DNA of 64,000 bases from an uncultured Chloroflexia bacterium (lineage in GTDB: Bacteria; Chloroflexota; Limnocylindria; Limnocylindrales; CSP1-4). Made by a program: the position numbers and the translations under genes. Every line of letters begins with the position of its first letter. Positions within the stretch are counted from its first letter, which is position 1. The stretch is taken from assembly GCA_963766735.1 (NCBI GenBank), contig CAVYBU010000030.1:224001-288000 (forward strand), in the 5' to 3' direction. Below the pieces are notes generated by a model that was not told where the DNA came from, searched no databases, and saw only the letters and a list, made by a program, of their open reading frames with translations. This document shows, one piece after another, positions 49,304 to 57,928 of this stretch.

Positions 49304-49432
49304 GGGTCCGGTCAGGAGCGTCCCGCGCATAGTCCCGGTGCCGATGCGTGGCAGGACCATCGAGCGGTGGACCTCACCCCACCGCACCGATATGGTACGG
49401 ACCGCACGCACCGCACCGGAGCCACCTTCCAC

Positions 49433-50245
49433 ATGACCTCGCCGCTGCCCGAGACGCCCGCCGCCCCCGCCGACCGGCCGGAGCAGGCGGCTTCCGCGCC
49501 GATCCTCGAGGGTCGCGCCCTGACGAAGCAGTACCGGATGCCGGGTGAGACCGTCGAAGCCGTGCGCGGCGTCAGCCTCCAGGTGATGGAGGGCGAGTTC
49601 GTGGCCCTGATGGGCCCGTCGGGCTCCGGCAAGAGCACGCTCCTTCAGCTGCTCGGCGGCCTGGACCAGCCCACCAGCGGCGACGTACTCCTCGAGGGCG
49701 TGTCAATCGGCCGACTCTCGGACGAGCAGGCGACCCGTCTTCGGCGGGAGCGCACCGGTTTCGTCTTCCAGTCGTTCAACCTCGTGCCGCTGCTCAACGT
49801 GGTGGAGAACGTGGGGCTGCCGTTCACCATCGCCGGTCAGGATCCGAGGAGCGGCGAGGTGGCCGCCCGGATCCAGGAAGCGATCGCCGGGGTGGACCTG
49901 ACCGGCAAGGAGCGTCACAAGCCTGATCAGCTCTCCGCCGGGGAGCAGCAGCGAGTTGCGGTTGCCCGCGCCATCGTCACGCGGCCTGCGCTGCTGTTCG
50001 CTGACGAGCCGACCGGGAACCTGGACTTCAGGACCGGCCTGGACATCCTCGAAGCGCTCTGGCGCACCTGCGTGGACCGCGGCCAGACGATCGTGCTGGT
50101 GACCCACGATGCGAAGACGGCTGCCTATGCAGACCGGGTGCTGGTCATCGGCGACGGGCGGGTCCTGGACGAGATCCGCCTCGGCAGGCGCGACGACCAC
50201 GCCGCAGGCCCGCTGATCTCGCGGCTCGCCCAGCTCGGGCTGTAG
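49433..50245 (+). CDS. ABC transporter ATP-binding protein (LolD/MacB type)
   Basis: GPSGSGKST, LSAGEQQRVA, DEPTGNLD, VTHD. Confidence 0.93.
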   Translation: MTSPLPETPAAPADRPEQAASAPILEGRALTKQYRMPGETVEAVRGVSLQVMEGEFVALMGPSGSGKSTLLQLLGGLDQPTSGDVLLEGVSIGRLSDEQATRLRRERTGFVFQSFNLVPLLNVVENVGLPFTIAGQDPRSGEVAARIQEAIAGVDLTGKERHKPDQLSAGEQQRVAVARAIVTRPALLFADEPTGNLDFRTGLDILEALWRTCVDRGQTIVLVTHDAKTAAYADRVLVIGDGRVLDEIRLGRRDDHAAGPLISRLAQLGL

Positions 50246-50253
50246 CCGGCGCC

Positions 50254-52809
50254 ATGCGCGGCCTGGTCCCGTACGCCTGGCGCAGCCTCGTCGCGAGGCC
50301 CACCCGGAGCATTCTCTCGATGATCGGGGTGGCCCTTGGCGTGGCCGTGCTGGTCGCGGCGCTGGCCGTGACGGCGGGACTGGACGCTTCCATCGACCGC
50401 ACGGTGGCCTCCCTCGTCGGGCGCGCGGACCTGCGCGTGTCGGCCTTCACCGAGCGCGGCCTGTCGGCCGGCACCGTCACTGCCCTGGATGCGGTCCCGG
50501 GTGTGGCCCTCGCGGCCCCCGGCATCGAGCGGCGCAGCTACATCGGCTCCACGCCGGGTCGCTCAACCACGCGGGAGCCCGTCACGGTGCTGGGGATCGA
50601 CCCGGCCCGCGAGCCGCGCGTCCGTGACCTGGCCCTGGCCCGGGGTGTGCCACTGGAGGCAGCGGACGAGAACGTTGTCCTGATCACCGAGAGCCTGGCG
50701 GCGGCCGAAGGGCTGGATGTCGGCAGCGAGCTCGTGCTGTACGGCGCCGGGGCACCCCTGCACCTTCAGGTGGTTGGCGTGCTCTCGGGGGACGGTCCGG
50801 CTGTCGGCTCGTCCGGACGGTCGGTCGTGGTGCCAATCGGCACCGCCGCAAGCCTGGGCGAAGCCGACGACGAGCCGTCCGCCGGCGAGGGCGCCCCTTC
50901 CGGGGTCACGCGCGTCGACCTGGTCCTCGCCGCGGGTGCGGACGCGGATGTCGTGATCGGCGCCATCGGGGAGGCGGCGGTGGTGGACCCGTACGTGCTG
51001 TCCGCCCCGGCCGACATGGCCGCATCGATGCGGTCGTCGACGGCAGACATCCGCTCCACGATGGCCCTGCTGGCGGCCATCACGCTGTTCGCGTCCGCGT
51101 TCCTCATCCTGAACACCCTGGCCATGACCGTTGTCGAGCGGATCCGGGAACTTGCGCTGTTCCGCGCGGCGGGTGCGGGCCGCGGCCAGGTTGTGCGGGT
51201 CGTCCTTGCCCAGGGGTTGTTCCTCGGCCTGGCCGGGTCCGCTCTTGGACTCGCCCTCGGTGCCGTGCTGGCCTGGCTCGCCGCGGCGTGGCTGCGTACC
51301 TCCGGCACCGTGAACCTGGATGGGCCGGTCATCTCGCCGTCTGTGCTGGTGGCGGGCGTGCTCGCCGGGATGCTCATCACGCTGGTCGCCTCGATCGAGC
51401 CGGCCCGTCGCGCCGCCGGGGTCAGCCCGGTGGCCGCGCTCCGCGTCCGGGCCGATCCGGGACCGGCGGTCCGCGCGAGCGTGGGTTGGCTGATCGTCGT
51501 GGTCGCCGCTGCGGGCGCCCTGGCGGTCGCGCTGCTGCCGGCGGCGGCAACGGGTCCCACGGGACCCGCTCGGGCCGTCGCCGTGTACGCCATCCTGCTG
51601 CTGGCCGTCCTCCTCACGCCGGTCCTGCTCGGTCCGCTCGGGCGACTCGTCGGCCTGCCGTTCTCCCTTGTCCTGAGGCTCGAGGAACGCCTGGCCCGGG
51701 CGGCGGTCAGCCGGAACAAGAGCCGGACCACGCTCACGGTCGGGGTGCTGGTCGTCGGCCTGGCGATGGTCGTGGGGATCGGCACGGTCGAGATCAACGC
51801 GCGCTCCGCGGCAACGGGGTGGCTCTCTGATGTGGTGCCCGGCGACGAGATTCTGACCGCCATTGCCCCCGAGCCCACGGGTCCCGGCAGTGTGGAGGAG
51901 GAGCTGACCGCGATCGACGGCGTCCGCCAGGTCACGCCGATGGCCTTCTTCGACCTCGCCTACGCGGGGACGCGCCTGGAGGCGGTCGCGATCCACGGCG
52001 ACGACTTCGAGGCGGACGGCCGGCTCACGTTCACATCCGGCGACAGGACGCGCGCGCTGGCGGCGATCGACGCGGGCGGTGCCGTCGTCCTGCCGCGGGC
52101 GCGCGCGGAGCGCATGGGCGTCGGCGTGGACGACGTGCTGGCGGTGGCCACGACGGAGGGCCTTGTCGAGCTGCGCGTCGTCGGTCTGGTGAACCGCTCG
52201 TTCCCGGGCCGGACGGGCGAGGCGGCGCTTGTCGGCTGGTCGGACGCCGTCGAGCGTCTTGGCATCGCGGGCGCGGACGTGTTCGGCGTCCGGTACGTCC
52301 CTGCCGCCCGGGAAGAGGCGTCTGCCGCGGTGCATGCGCTTGCCAGCGAGCGTGCGCTGATCCCCGCGCCGATCTCCCGGGTAGAGGGAGCGGTGGGCGA
52401 CGCGCTGGAGCGCGTCTTCGGGCTCCTGAGCCTCCTGGCGCTCGCGTCGGTGCTGATTGCGGCCCTCGGGATCGTGAATACGCTGTCGATGGACACCTGG
52501 GAGCGGACGCGAGAGCTCGGCATGCTGCGAGCGGCGGGGATGAGCCGAAAGCAGGTCTGGCGGAGCGTCCTCGTGGAGGCCGGGATCCTGGGTGCGATCG
52601 GGGCCGTCATGGGATCCCTGGCCGGCATCGTCATCGGCGTGCTGCTCGTCGCGACTGCCGGTGGGCGCATCGAGGAGGGGATCCTGCTGCCGGGCGCGAC
52701 CATCCTTCTCGCCCTGATCCTCGGCGTGACGCTGGCGATGCTGGCTGCCGCCCAGCCCGCTCGGATCGCAGGCCGGCGATCGATCGTCAGCGCCGTCCGC
52801 GGGGAGTAG
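50254..52809 (+). CDS. ABC transporter permease with two FtsX domains
   Basis: ERIRELALFRAAGA and ERTRELGMLRAAGM. Confidence 0.9.
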   Translation: MRGLVPYAWRSLVARPTRSILSMIGVALGVAVLVAALAVTAGLDASIDRTVASLVGRADLRVSAFTERGLSAGTVTALDAVPGVALAAPGIERRSYIGSTPGRSTTREPVTVLGIDPAREPRVRDLALARGVPLEAADENVVLITESLAAAEGLDVGSELVLYGAGAPLHLQVVGVLSGDGPAVGSSGRSVVVPIGTAASLGEADDEPSAGEGAPSGVTRVDLVLAAGADADVVIGAIGEAAVVDPYVLSAPADMAASMRSSTADIRSTMALLAAITLFASAFLILNTLAMTVVERIRELALFRAAGAGRGQVVRVVLAQGLFLGLAGSALGLALGAVLAWLAAAWLRTSGTVNLDGPVISPSVLVAGVLAGMLITLVASIEPARRAAGVSPVAALRVRADPGPAVRASVGWLIVVVAAAGALAVALLPAAATGPTGPARAVAVYAILLLAVLLTPVLLGPLGRLVGLPFSLVLRLEERLARAAVSRNKSRTTLTVGVLVVGLAMVVGIGTVEINARSAATGWLSDVVPGDEILTAIAPEPTGPGSVEEELTAIDGVRQVTPMAFFDLAYAGTRLEAVAIHGDDFEADGRLTFTSGDRTRALAAIDAGGAVVLPRARAERMGVGVDDVLAVATTEGLVELRVVGLVNRSFPGRTGEAALVGWSDAVERLGIAGADVFGVRYVPAAREEASAAVHALASERALIPAPISRVEGAVGDALERVFGLLSLLALASVLIAALGIVNTLSMDTWERTRELGMLRAAGMSRKQVWRSVLVEAGILGAIGAVMGSLAGIVIGVLLVATAGGRIEEGILLPGATILLALILGVTLAMLAAAQPARIAGRRSIVSAVRGE

Positions 52810-52890
52810 ACCGCACGTTCGTCGCCGGGACGCCCGGGCGGTAGACTATGCGCGCCGCCGCCCTGTCGGGGAAGGCGCGAGAGGGAGTCC

Positions 52891-53535
52891 ATGACCCACG
52901 CGATCCCGTCGCTCACGCGCGTACCCGCCACCGAGAAGGGTGTGACGATCGCCGACTTCCTGGTGCCGATCCGGGTCGGAGAGCGCGTCTCGCCGCGCCT
53001 CCGGAGCGTGATCCTCGTTGTGACCGGCGCATTCCTGATCTACCTCACCGCGCGCGTCGCGATCCCCGTCCCGGGTACCCCGGTGCCGTTCACGCTGCAG
53101 AACGTCGGCATCCTGGTCGTCGGGGGCGCCCTCGGGATGCGGCGCGGCGGACTCGCGGCCCTCCTGTACGTGGCCCTGGGCGTCATCGGGCTCCCGTTCT
53201 TCGCGGAAGGCCGCGGTGGACCCTCCGTGATCCTGGGCGCCACGGGCGGCTATCTGATCGGGTTCGTCCTTGCCGCCGCACTCGTCGGGCGGCTCGCGGA
53301 GCTCGGCTGGGACCGGCGGATCGGGGGCGCCATCGGCGCCACGACGCTGGGCACCGCGGTCATCTACCTCGTCGGCGTGCCCTGGCTCGCCGTCGTGACC
53401 GGGCTCTCGCTTGACGAGGCGATCGCCACGGGACTCGCCCCGTTCCTGGTGGCGGACATCGTCAAGCTGCTGGTTGCCGCGGCCGTGTTCCCGGTGGCGT
53501 GGTGGGTGGTCGGGCGGCGTCCCAGCGAGCGCTGA
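52891..53535 (+). CDS. bioY: Biotin ECF transporter S component
   Basis: PVPFTLQ, GLPFFA, TGGYLIGF, PFLVADIVK. Confidence 0.93.
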   Translation: MTHAIPSLTRVPATEKGVTIADFLVPIRVGERVSPRLRSVILVVTGAFLIYLTARVAIPVPGTPVPFTLQNVGILVVGGALGMRRGGLAALLYVALGVIGLPFFAEGRGGPSVILGATGGYLIGFVLAAALVGRLAELGWDRRIGGAIGATTLGTAVIYLVGVPWLAVVTGLSLDEAIATGLAPFLVADIVKLLVAAAVFPVAWWVVGRRPSER

Positions 53536-53545
53536 CCCTCGTCGC

Positions 53546-54139
53546 TCAGGTCAGGGCGTCGGCCATGACGCGCACCAGGTCGTTCGACCCCGTGATCCCA
53601 TTCAGCAACCGGATCGGAGCGGGCGCCTGCTCTGATGGCGACAACTCCAGCGCGAAGAACTCCACACCGTGCCAGCGGCCGTCCTTCCAGCCAACCTCCT
53701 CGAGCAGGCCGATGCGCCTGTACCCGAGCGCCTCGTGCAGGCCAACCGACGCGGGATTGGGCGGCGTGACCCCGGCCACGGCCGAGTGGAACCCCTGGAA
53801 GCGGAGGATCAGGATGACGGCTCGCAGCGTGGCCCTGCCGAGCCCTCGCCCGTGGAAGTCCCGGTCCACGTAGACCGTCGTCTCGGCCGTCCACGCGTAT
53901 GCCGCCCGATCCCGAAAGTGTCCCGCGTATGCGTACCCGCGCACGACCCCGTCCACCTCCGCCACCACCCATGGCAGCCGGCCCACGGTCCCGGCGATCC
54001 TCCTGCCGACCTCCACCCCGTCCGGGGGCGTCAGCTCGAACGAGATGCAGGTGTCGGTCACGTATGGCGCATAGATCGCCGAGCAGGCGGGACCGTCGGC
54101 GGGTGTCGCGAGGCGGAGACGCACAGGTCGGGGCTCCAC
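53546..54139 (-). CDS. GNAT N-acetyltransferase (phosphinothricin/YncA-like)
   Basis: IYAPYV...ISFE, RAAYAWTAE, GRGLG, NPASVGLHEALG, VGWKDGRW. Start uncertain (54124-54178). Confidence 0.88.
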   Translation of the reverse strand: MEPRPVRLRLATPADGPACSAIYAPYVTDTCISFELTPPDGVEVGRRIAGTVGRLPWVVAEVDGVVRGYAYAGHFRDRAAYAWTAETTVYVDRDFHGRGLGRATLRAVILILRFQGFHSAVAGVTPPNPASVGLHEALGYRRIGLLEEVGWKDGRWHGVEFFALELSPSEQAPAPIRLLNGITGSNDLVRVMADALT

Positions 54140-54144
54140 GGCAC

Positions 54145-55548
54145 TCAGTACAGGTGGGGGAAGCGGCGGCCCCACCACGCGTCCATGTCCCTGGGCGTGG
54201 CCGCATCGAGCGCGTCCAGCAGCGTCCGGGTCCGGACCAAGCCCCAGCGGTTGTCCGCGAGGTACCGTCGGATGGCGGTCCAGAAGGCGGCGGGGCCCAT
54301 CTTCGTCCGGGCCGCCGCGAGCAGGTTTCCACCCTGGATGTAGACGGTCTCGTAGTAGCAGGACCTCGAGTACCGGTAGATGGAGCGGTCCAGGTCAGCC
54401 GCGGCGCAGCGGGACGCCCGTCGCATGCCCAGGATGTCGCGCGTGACGAAGTCGGCAGGGGCCTCGTCCGCAAACGGCTCGCGCGCCTGGTCGTTGCCCA
54501 CGAGGCCGTAGAACCACTGGTGGGCGACCTCGTGGGTGACGAGATAGGCCAGGCTGGCAGCGCTCGTGCCGGTGGGGATCCAGACGACACCGGGCCCCTC
54601 CATCCCGTATCCGCCCGCCGCCTGGACGATCTTGATCACCCTGTACGGGTACGGGCCCAGCCTCGCCTCGAGCTTCGCGACCGCGACCTTGGCCGCACGC
54701 AGGACGGCCGCCTTCGGGAACCCGGGCCGGGCCACCACGCGGACCACGGTGTCGCCCACCACGGCCTGGGTCGTCCGGTAGTCCGCGGCGGCGGCAACGA
54801 CGACGTCACGCACGTTGACGGCCGTGAACGTCATGTCGAGGCCGTCCGCGGAGATCGCGGTGCGATTGCCGGTCGAGACAACCCGGAGGCGGGTGTCCGT
54901 GCGCAGGCGCAGGGTCGCTCGCGGGCTCACCGGGGTGACGAAGGGGTCGCCGTGGTTCGGGCGGTTGAAGGGCGTGCGGCGGCTCACCCACGGGATCCAG
55001 CGGTAGAGGTCGACGATCCCGTTGGCCCGGGTGAAGAGCCAGCTGCTCCCGGACGTGGTGGATCGGAGCGTGGCGGTGAAGGGGACCACGACCACGGCCG
55101 TGGCATTCGCCGGCAGGATGCCGCCCAGCGGCACGCTGATCGTCTGGTCGTCGAGCGTCGCGCTGACGGCGGTCCCATCCACCGTGACCGTCCCGAGGCG
55201 GAGAGCGCCGAGCGGGCCCATGACGGTGTTGAGCTCGAGGCGGTCGATGCCGGCACCGGAGTCGTTCCGGGCGGTGATGGTGACGTGGCCGCGGAGACGG
55301 CGGGCCGCGACGCCGAGCCTGACATCGACGTCGTACTCGGCGCGGATGGCAAGGCTGGACCGGTTGACCGACCCCGGGACGATCCGGGTCGAGGGGAGTG
55401 CGCTGGCGACGACGGGCCGCATTCCATCTCGATCGGGTGCCGCCGTGGTCGGGAGCGGCAGGGTCAGGAGGGCGAGGAGTGCGACGAGCAGGGCGGCCCG
55501 CCCTCGCGCGCGCGGCGCCGCTGACCCGGACGGTCGACGTCGGAGCAT
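54145..55548 (-). CDS. Secreted M1-family (gluzincin) metallopeptidase
   Basis: Signal peptide; YGME; HEVAHQWF...DE; Y.QG. TACGAT lies 6 nt before ATG. Confidence 0.85.
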   Translation of the reverse strand: MLRRRPSGSAAPRARGRAALLVALLALLTLPLPTTAAPDRDGMRPVVASALPSTRIVPGSVNRSSLAIRAEYDVDVRLGVAARRLRGHVTITARNDSGAGIDRLELNTVMGPLGALRLGTVTVDGTAVSATLDDQTISVPLGGILPANATAVVVVPFTATLRSTTSGSSWLFTRANGIVDLYRWIPWVSRRTPFNRPNHGDPFVTPVSPRATLRLRTDTRLRVVSTGNRTAISADGLDMTFTAVNVRDVVVAAAADYRTTQAVVGDTVVRVVARPGFPKAAVLRAAKVAVAKLEARLGPYPYRVIKIVQAAGGYGMEGPGVVWIPTGTSAASLAYLVTHEVAHQWFYGLVGNDQAREPFADEAPADFVTRDILGMRRASRCAAADLDRSIYRYSRSCYYETVYIQGGNLLAAARTKMGPAAFWTAIRRYLADNRWGLVRTRTLLDALDAATPRDMDAWWGRRFPHLY

Positions 55549-55834
55549 GTCGGGATCGTACTCCGGCGGGCGGTCTGGGGCCCATGCCAGGTCGAGTCTC
55601 AGGGCGCCGGCCTGCTCGACCCGCAGGGCTTGCCCGATCCCGGGCGGATGCTCCGCCGACGCGTCCGCTACGGACGGGGGCCAACGGGCCCGATCCGGAT
55701 GGCCCGTGCGAGTGAGTCCGTGCCAGGGAGCCCGGGTTCGCCCGGTCGGGCCGGACCCTGTATGTCGGGCCCGACGGCCCTCCCGGTTGCCGGCGGCGGG
55801 CCCCACGATCCCAGCACGCAGTCGGGAGATCGCC

Positions 55835-56404
55835 TTGAGCGCCCAGCGTGTCCTCGTCGCCTTCGCCAGCCGCTCCGGATCCACCGCGGGGATCGCCCAG
55901 GCGATCGCTGCCGTCCTCCAGGGCGCGGGCTTGTCCGTGGACTGTCGCCCGGCCGGCGACGTCACCGACGTGACGCCATACACCGCGGTCGTCCTTGGCA
56001 GCGGTGTCTTCCTGCGGCGCCGCGCGTCGGACGGCGGCGGGTTCCTCGCCCGCCACGCCGCCGCACTGTCCACGCGCGCCGTGTGGCTCTATTGCGCCGG
56101 CCCCATCGGGCACGGGCGCTCGGACGGCGACCGACCAGCGGCGGACGGTGACTGCAGTGCGGCAGAGGTTGCCCGTGCCGTCGGCGCGCGCGGTAGCGCG
56201 GAGTTCGGGACACCGGCACCGGCGAGCACCAATGATCCGTTCGACCAGCTGGCGCCGGTGGACCTGGCACGCGTACGCGCGTGGGCGCACGAGATCGCTG
56301 CCGAGCTTGCCGCTGGACCCGCCGAGCGTCCCGCCCCCCGGTCCGCCCCCACGTCACGCTCCCGCCGGCCGGCGCGCTGTTCAAGGGCCGCAGCCCCGGG
56401 CTGA
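55835..56404 (+). CDS. Flavodoxin-domain protein (HemG-like)
   Basis: VLVAFASRSGSTAGIAQAIA, Y.AVVLGS, VWLY..GP. TTG start after GGGAG. Confidence 0.75.
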   Translation: MSAQRVLVAFASRSGSTAGIAQAIAAVLQGAGLSVDCRPAGDVTDVTPYTAVVLGSGVFLRRRASDGGGFLARHAAALSTRAVWLYCAGPIGHGRSDGDRPAADGDCSAAEVARAVGARGSAEFGTPAPASTNDPFDQLAPVDLARVRAWAHEIAAELAAGPAERPAPRSAPTSRSRRPARCSRAAAPG

Positions 56405-56500
56405 CGCTTCCTCAGCCCGCTCCCCCGCGCGATTGCTCGAGCCCGGTTCGTCGCGCCCCAAGCCTGTGACGCCTGAGCTGTCACAGGGCCGGTCCAGGAT

Positions 56501-57808
56501 GTGGTCATGGAAGCACGGATCCTCCCCATGCCGAACCCGACCCAACCACGCGCCGTCGGGTCGTCGCCCGGCCCGGTCATCCGCGTCGAGGGCGACCGGA
56601 TCCTCGTCGAGCGCCTCGTCCTCGTGGACGCGCCGTTGGCGACGGCCCTCGCGGAACGCGAGCCGGCTGAGCGCCCAGCCGTGGTGGAGCGTGCGTTGCG
56701 GATCGGCCTGCTCGCCCTCCAGGACGCGGCGACCTCGATGGACACGGATGTCGTCCGTCGCGAGTTCGAGAAGCTGGTTGCCCAGACGACCGCGGTGAAC
56801 GCGCAGGCGGCCAAGGCCGTCGAGGACGTGCTGCGGGCCAACTTCGCGGATGGCGATGGTCGCCTGCCGCGCACGCTGGAGAAGTTCCTCGGGGATCGCG
56901 GAGCCCTTCAGAAGTTCGTGAACGACCTGTTCGACGAGACGAAGCGGGACTCCGCCATCGGACGTATCGGCGGGCTGCTGGGCCAGTACTTCGACGGTGA
57001 CCGGTCCAAGGTGGCGATGCTCCTGGATCCGACCCGGCTGGGGTCTCCGCTCCACCAGTTCCGCCAGGAGATCGCCGAGGGGTTCAAGGGCGTCCACGAA
57101 CGGCTGGCGGCGATCGAGGCCGCAGCGAGGGCGCGCGCGGACGAGCGCGCGAAGTCGACCGCGAAGGGCGGGGACTTCGAGGTGCTCCTTCACGGCATGC
57201 TCGGGGATCTCGCCCGCGGTTCGGGGGACCTCCTGGACCGGACGGGGACGGAGACGGGCTCGCTGCTCGGGTCCAAGAAGGGTGACTTCGTCCTGACCCT
57301 GGACGCACGCCTGACGCGCGGCGCGGACGTCCGGGTCGTGATCGAGGCCAAGGATCGCGCGATGTCCCAGCGCGCCATGCGCGAGGAACTCCGAGAGGCG
57401 CGGCAGAATCGCGGTGCAGCGGTGGCGATCGTCGCCTGGACGCCGGCCCACGCCCCGTCCGCCGTCGCCCCGTTCGCGCTCGTCGGGGAGGATGTCCACG
57501 TGGTGGTGGACCCGGAGCTGCCGGACACTGCCTATCTCGAGGCAGCGGTGCGCCTCGCCCGCCTCCTGGCGCTCGCACAGCTGCAGGAACGCGAGGTGGA
57601 CGTGGATGCCGCGGCCGTCGGCCGGGCGCTGGCCGGGGTCCGGCAGCAGTTGGAGGCCATCCGGGCGCTCAAGACCCAGCTGACGTCCGTGTCCAATGCA
57701 ACCAAGGCGGTCTGGACCGGCCTGGACACCCTGCGGACGGGCATTCTCGCCCGGGTCGCCGAGGCTGAGGCGGAGCTGAGTCTGGCCCAGCCGCCGGAGT
57801 CGTCCTGA
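56501..57808 (+). CDS. Coiled-coil protein with a PD-(D/E)xK-like domain (RmuC/DUF2130-like)
   Basis: Long helical N-terminus; KGGDFE...GDFV...VVIEAK. Start may be 56507 or 56528. Confidence 0.6.
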   Translation: MVMEARILPMPNPTQPRAVGSSPGPVIRVEGDRILVERLVLVDAPLATALAEREPAERPAVVERALRIGLLALQDAATSMDTDVVRREFEKLVAQTTAVNAQAAKAVEDVLRANFADGDGRLPRTLEKFLGDRGALQKFVNDLFDETKRDSAIGRIGGLLGQYFDGDRSKVAMLLDPTRLGSPLHQFRQEIAEGFKGVHERLAAIEAAARARADERAKSTAKGGDFEVLLHGMLGDLARGSGDLLDRTGTETGSLLGSKKGDFVLTLDARLTRGADVRVVIEAKDRAMSQRAMREELREARQNRGAAVAIVAWTPAHAPSAVAPFALVGEDVHVVVDPELPDTAYLEAAVRLARLLALAQLQEREVDVDAAAVGRALAGVRQQLEAIRALKTQLTSVSNATKAVWTGLDTLRTGILARVAEAEAELSLAQPPESS

Positions 57809-57928
57809 CCGCGCCCCCGGGACCATTGGGCGGACCAACTGCCCATTGTTGCCGGCTCCGCCGGAGGCGATGATCCGGTCCGGACTGGTGGGCTGCAGCG
57901 CCGGTCCTGGAATCCGTCCGGAGACTCC

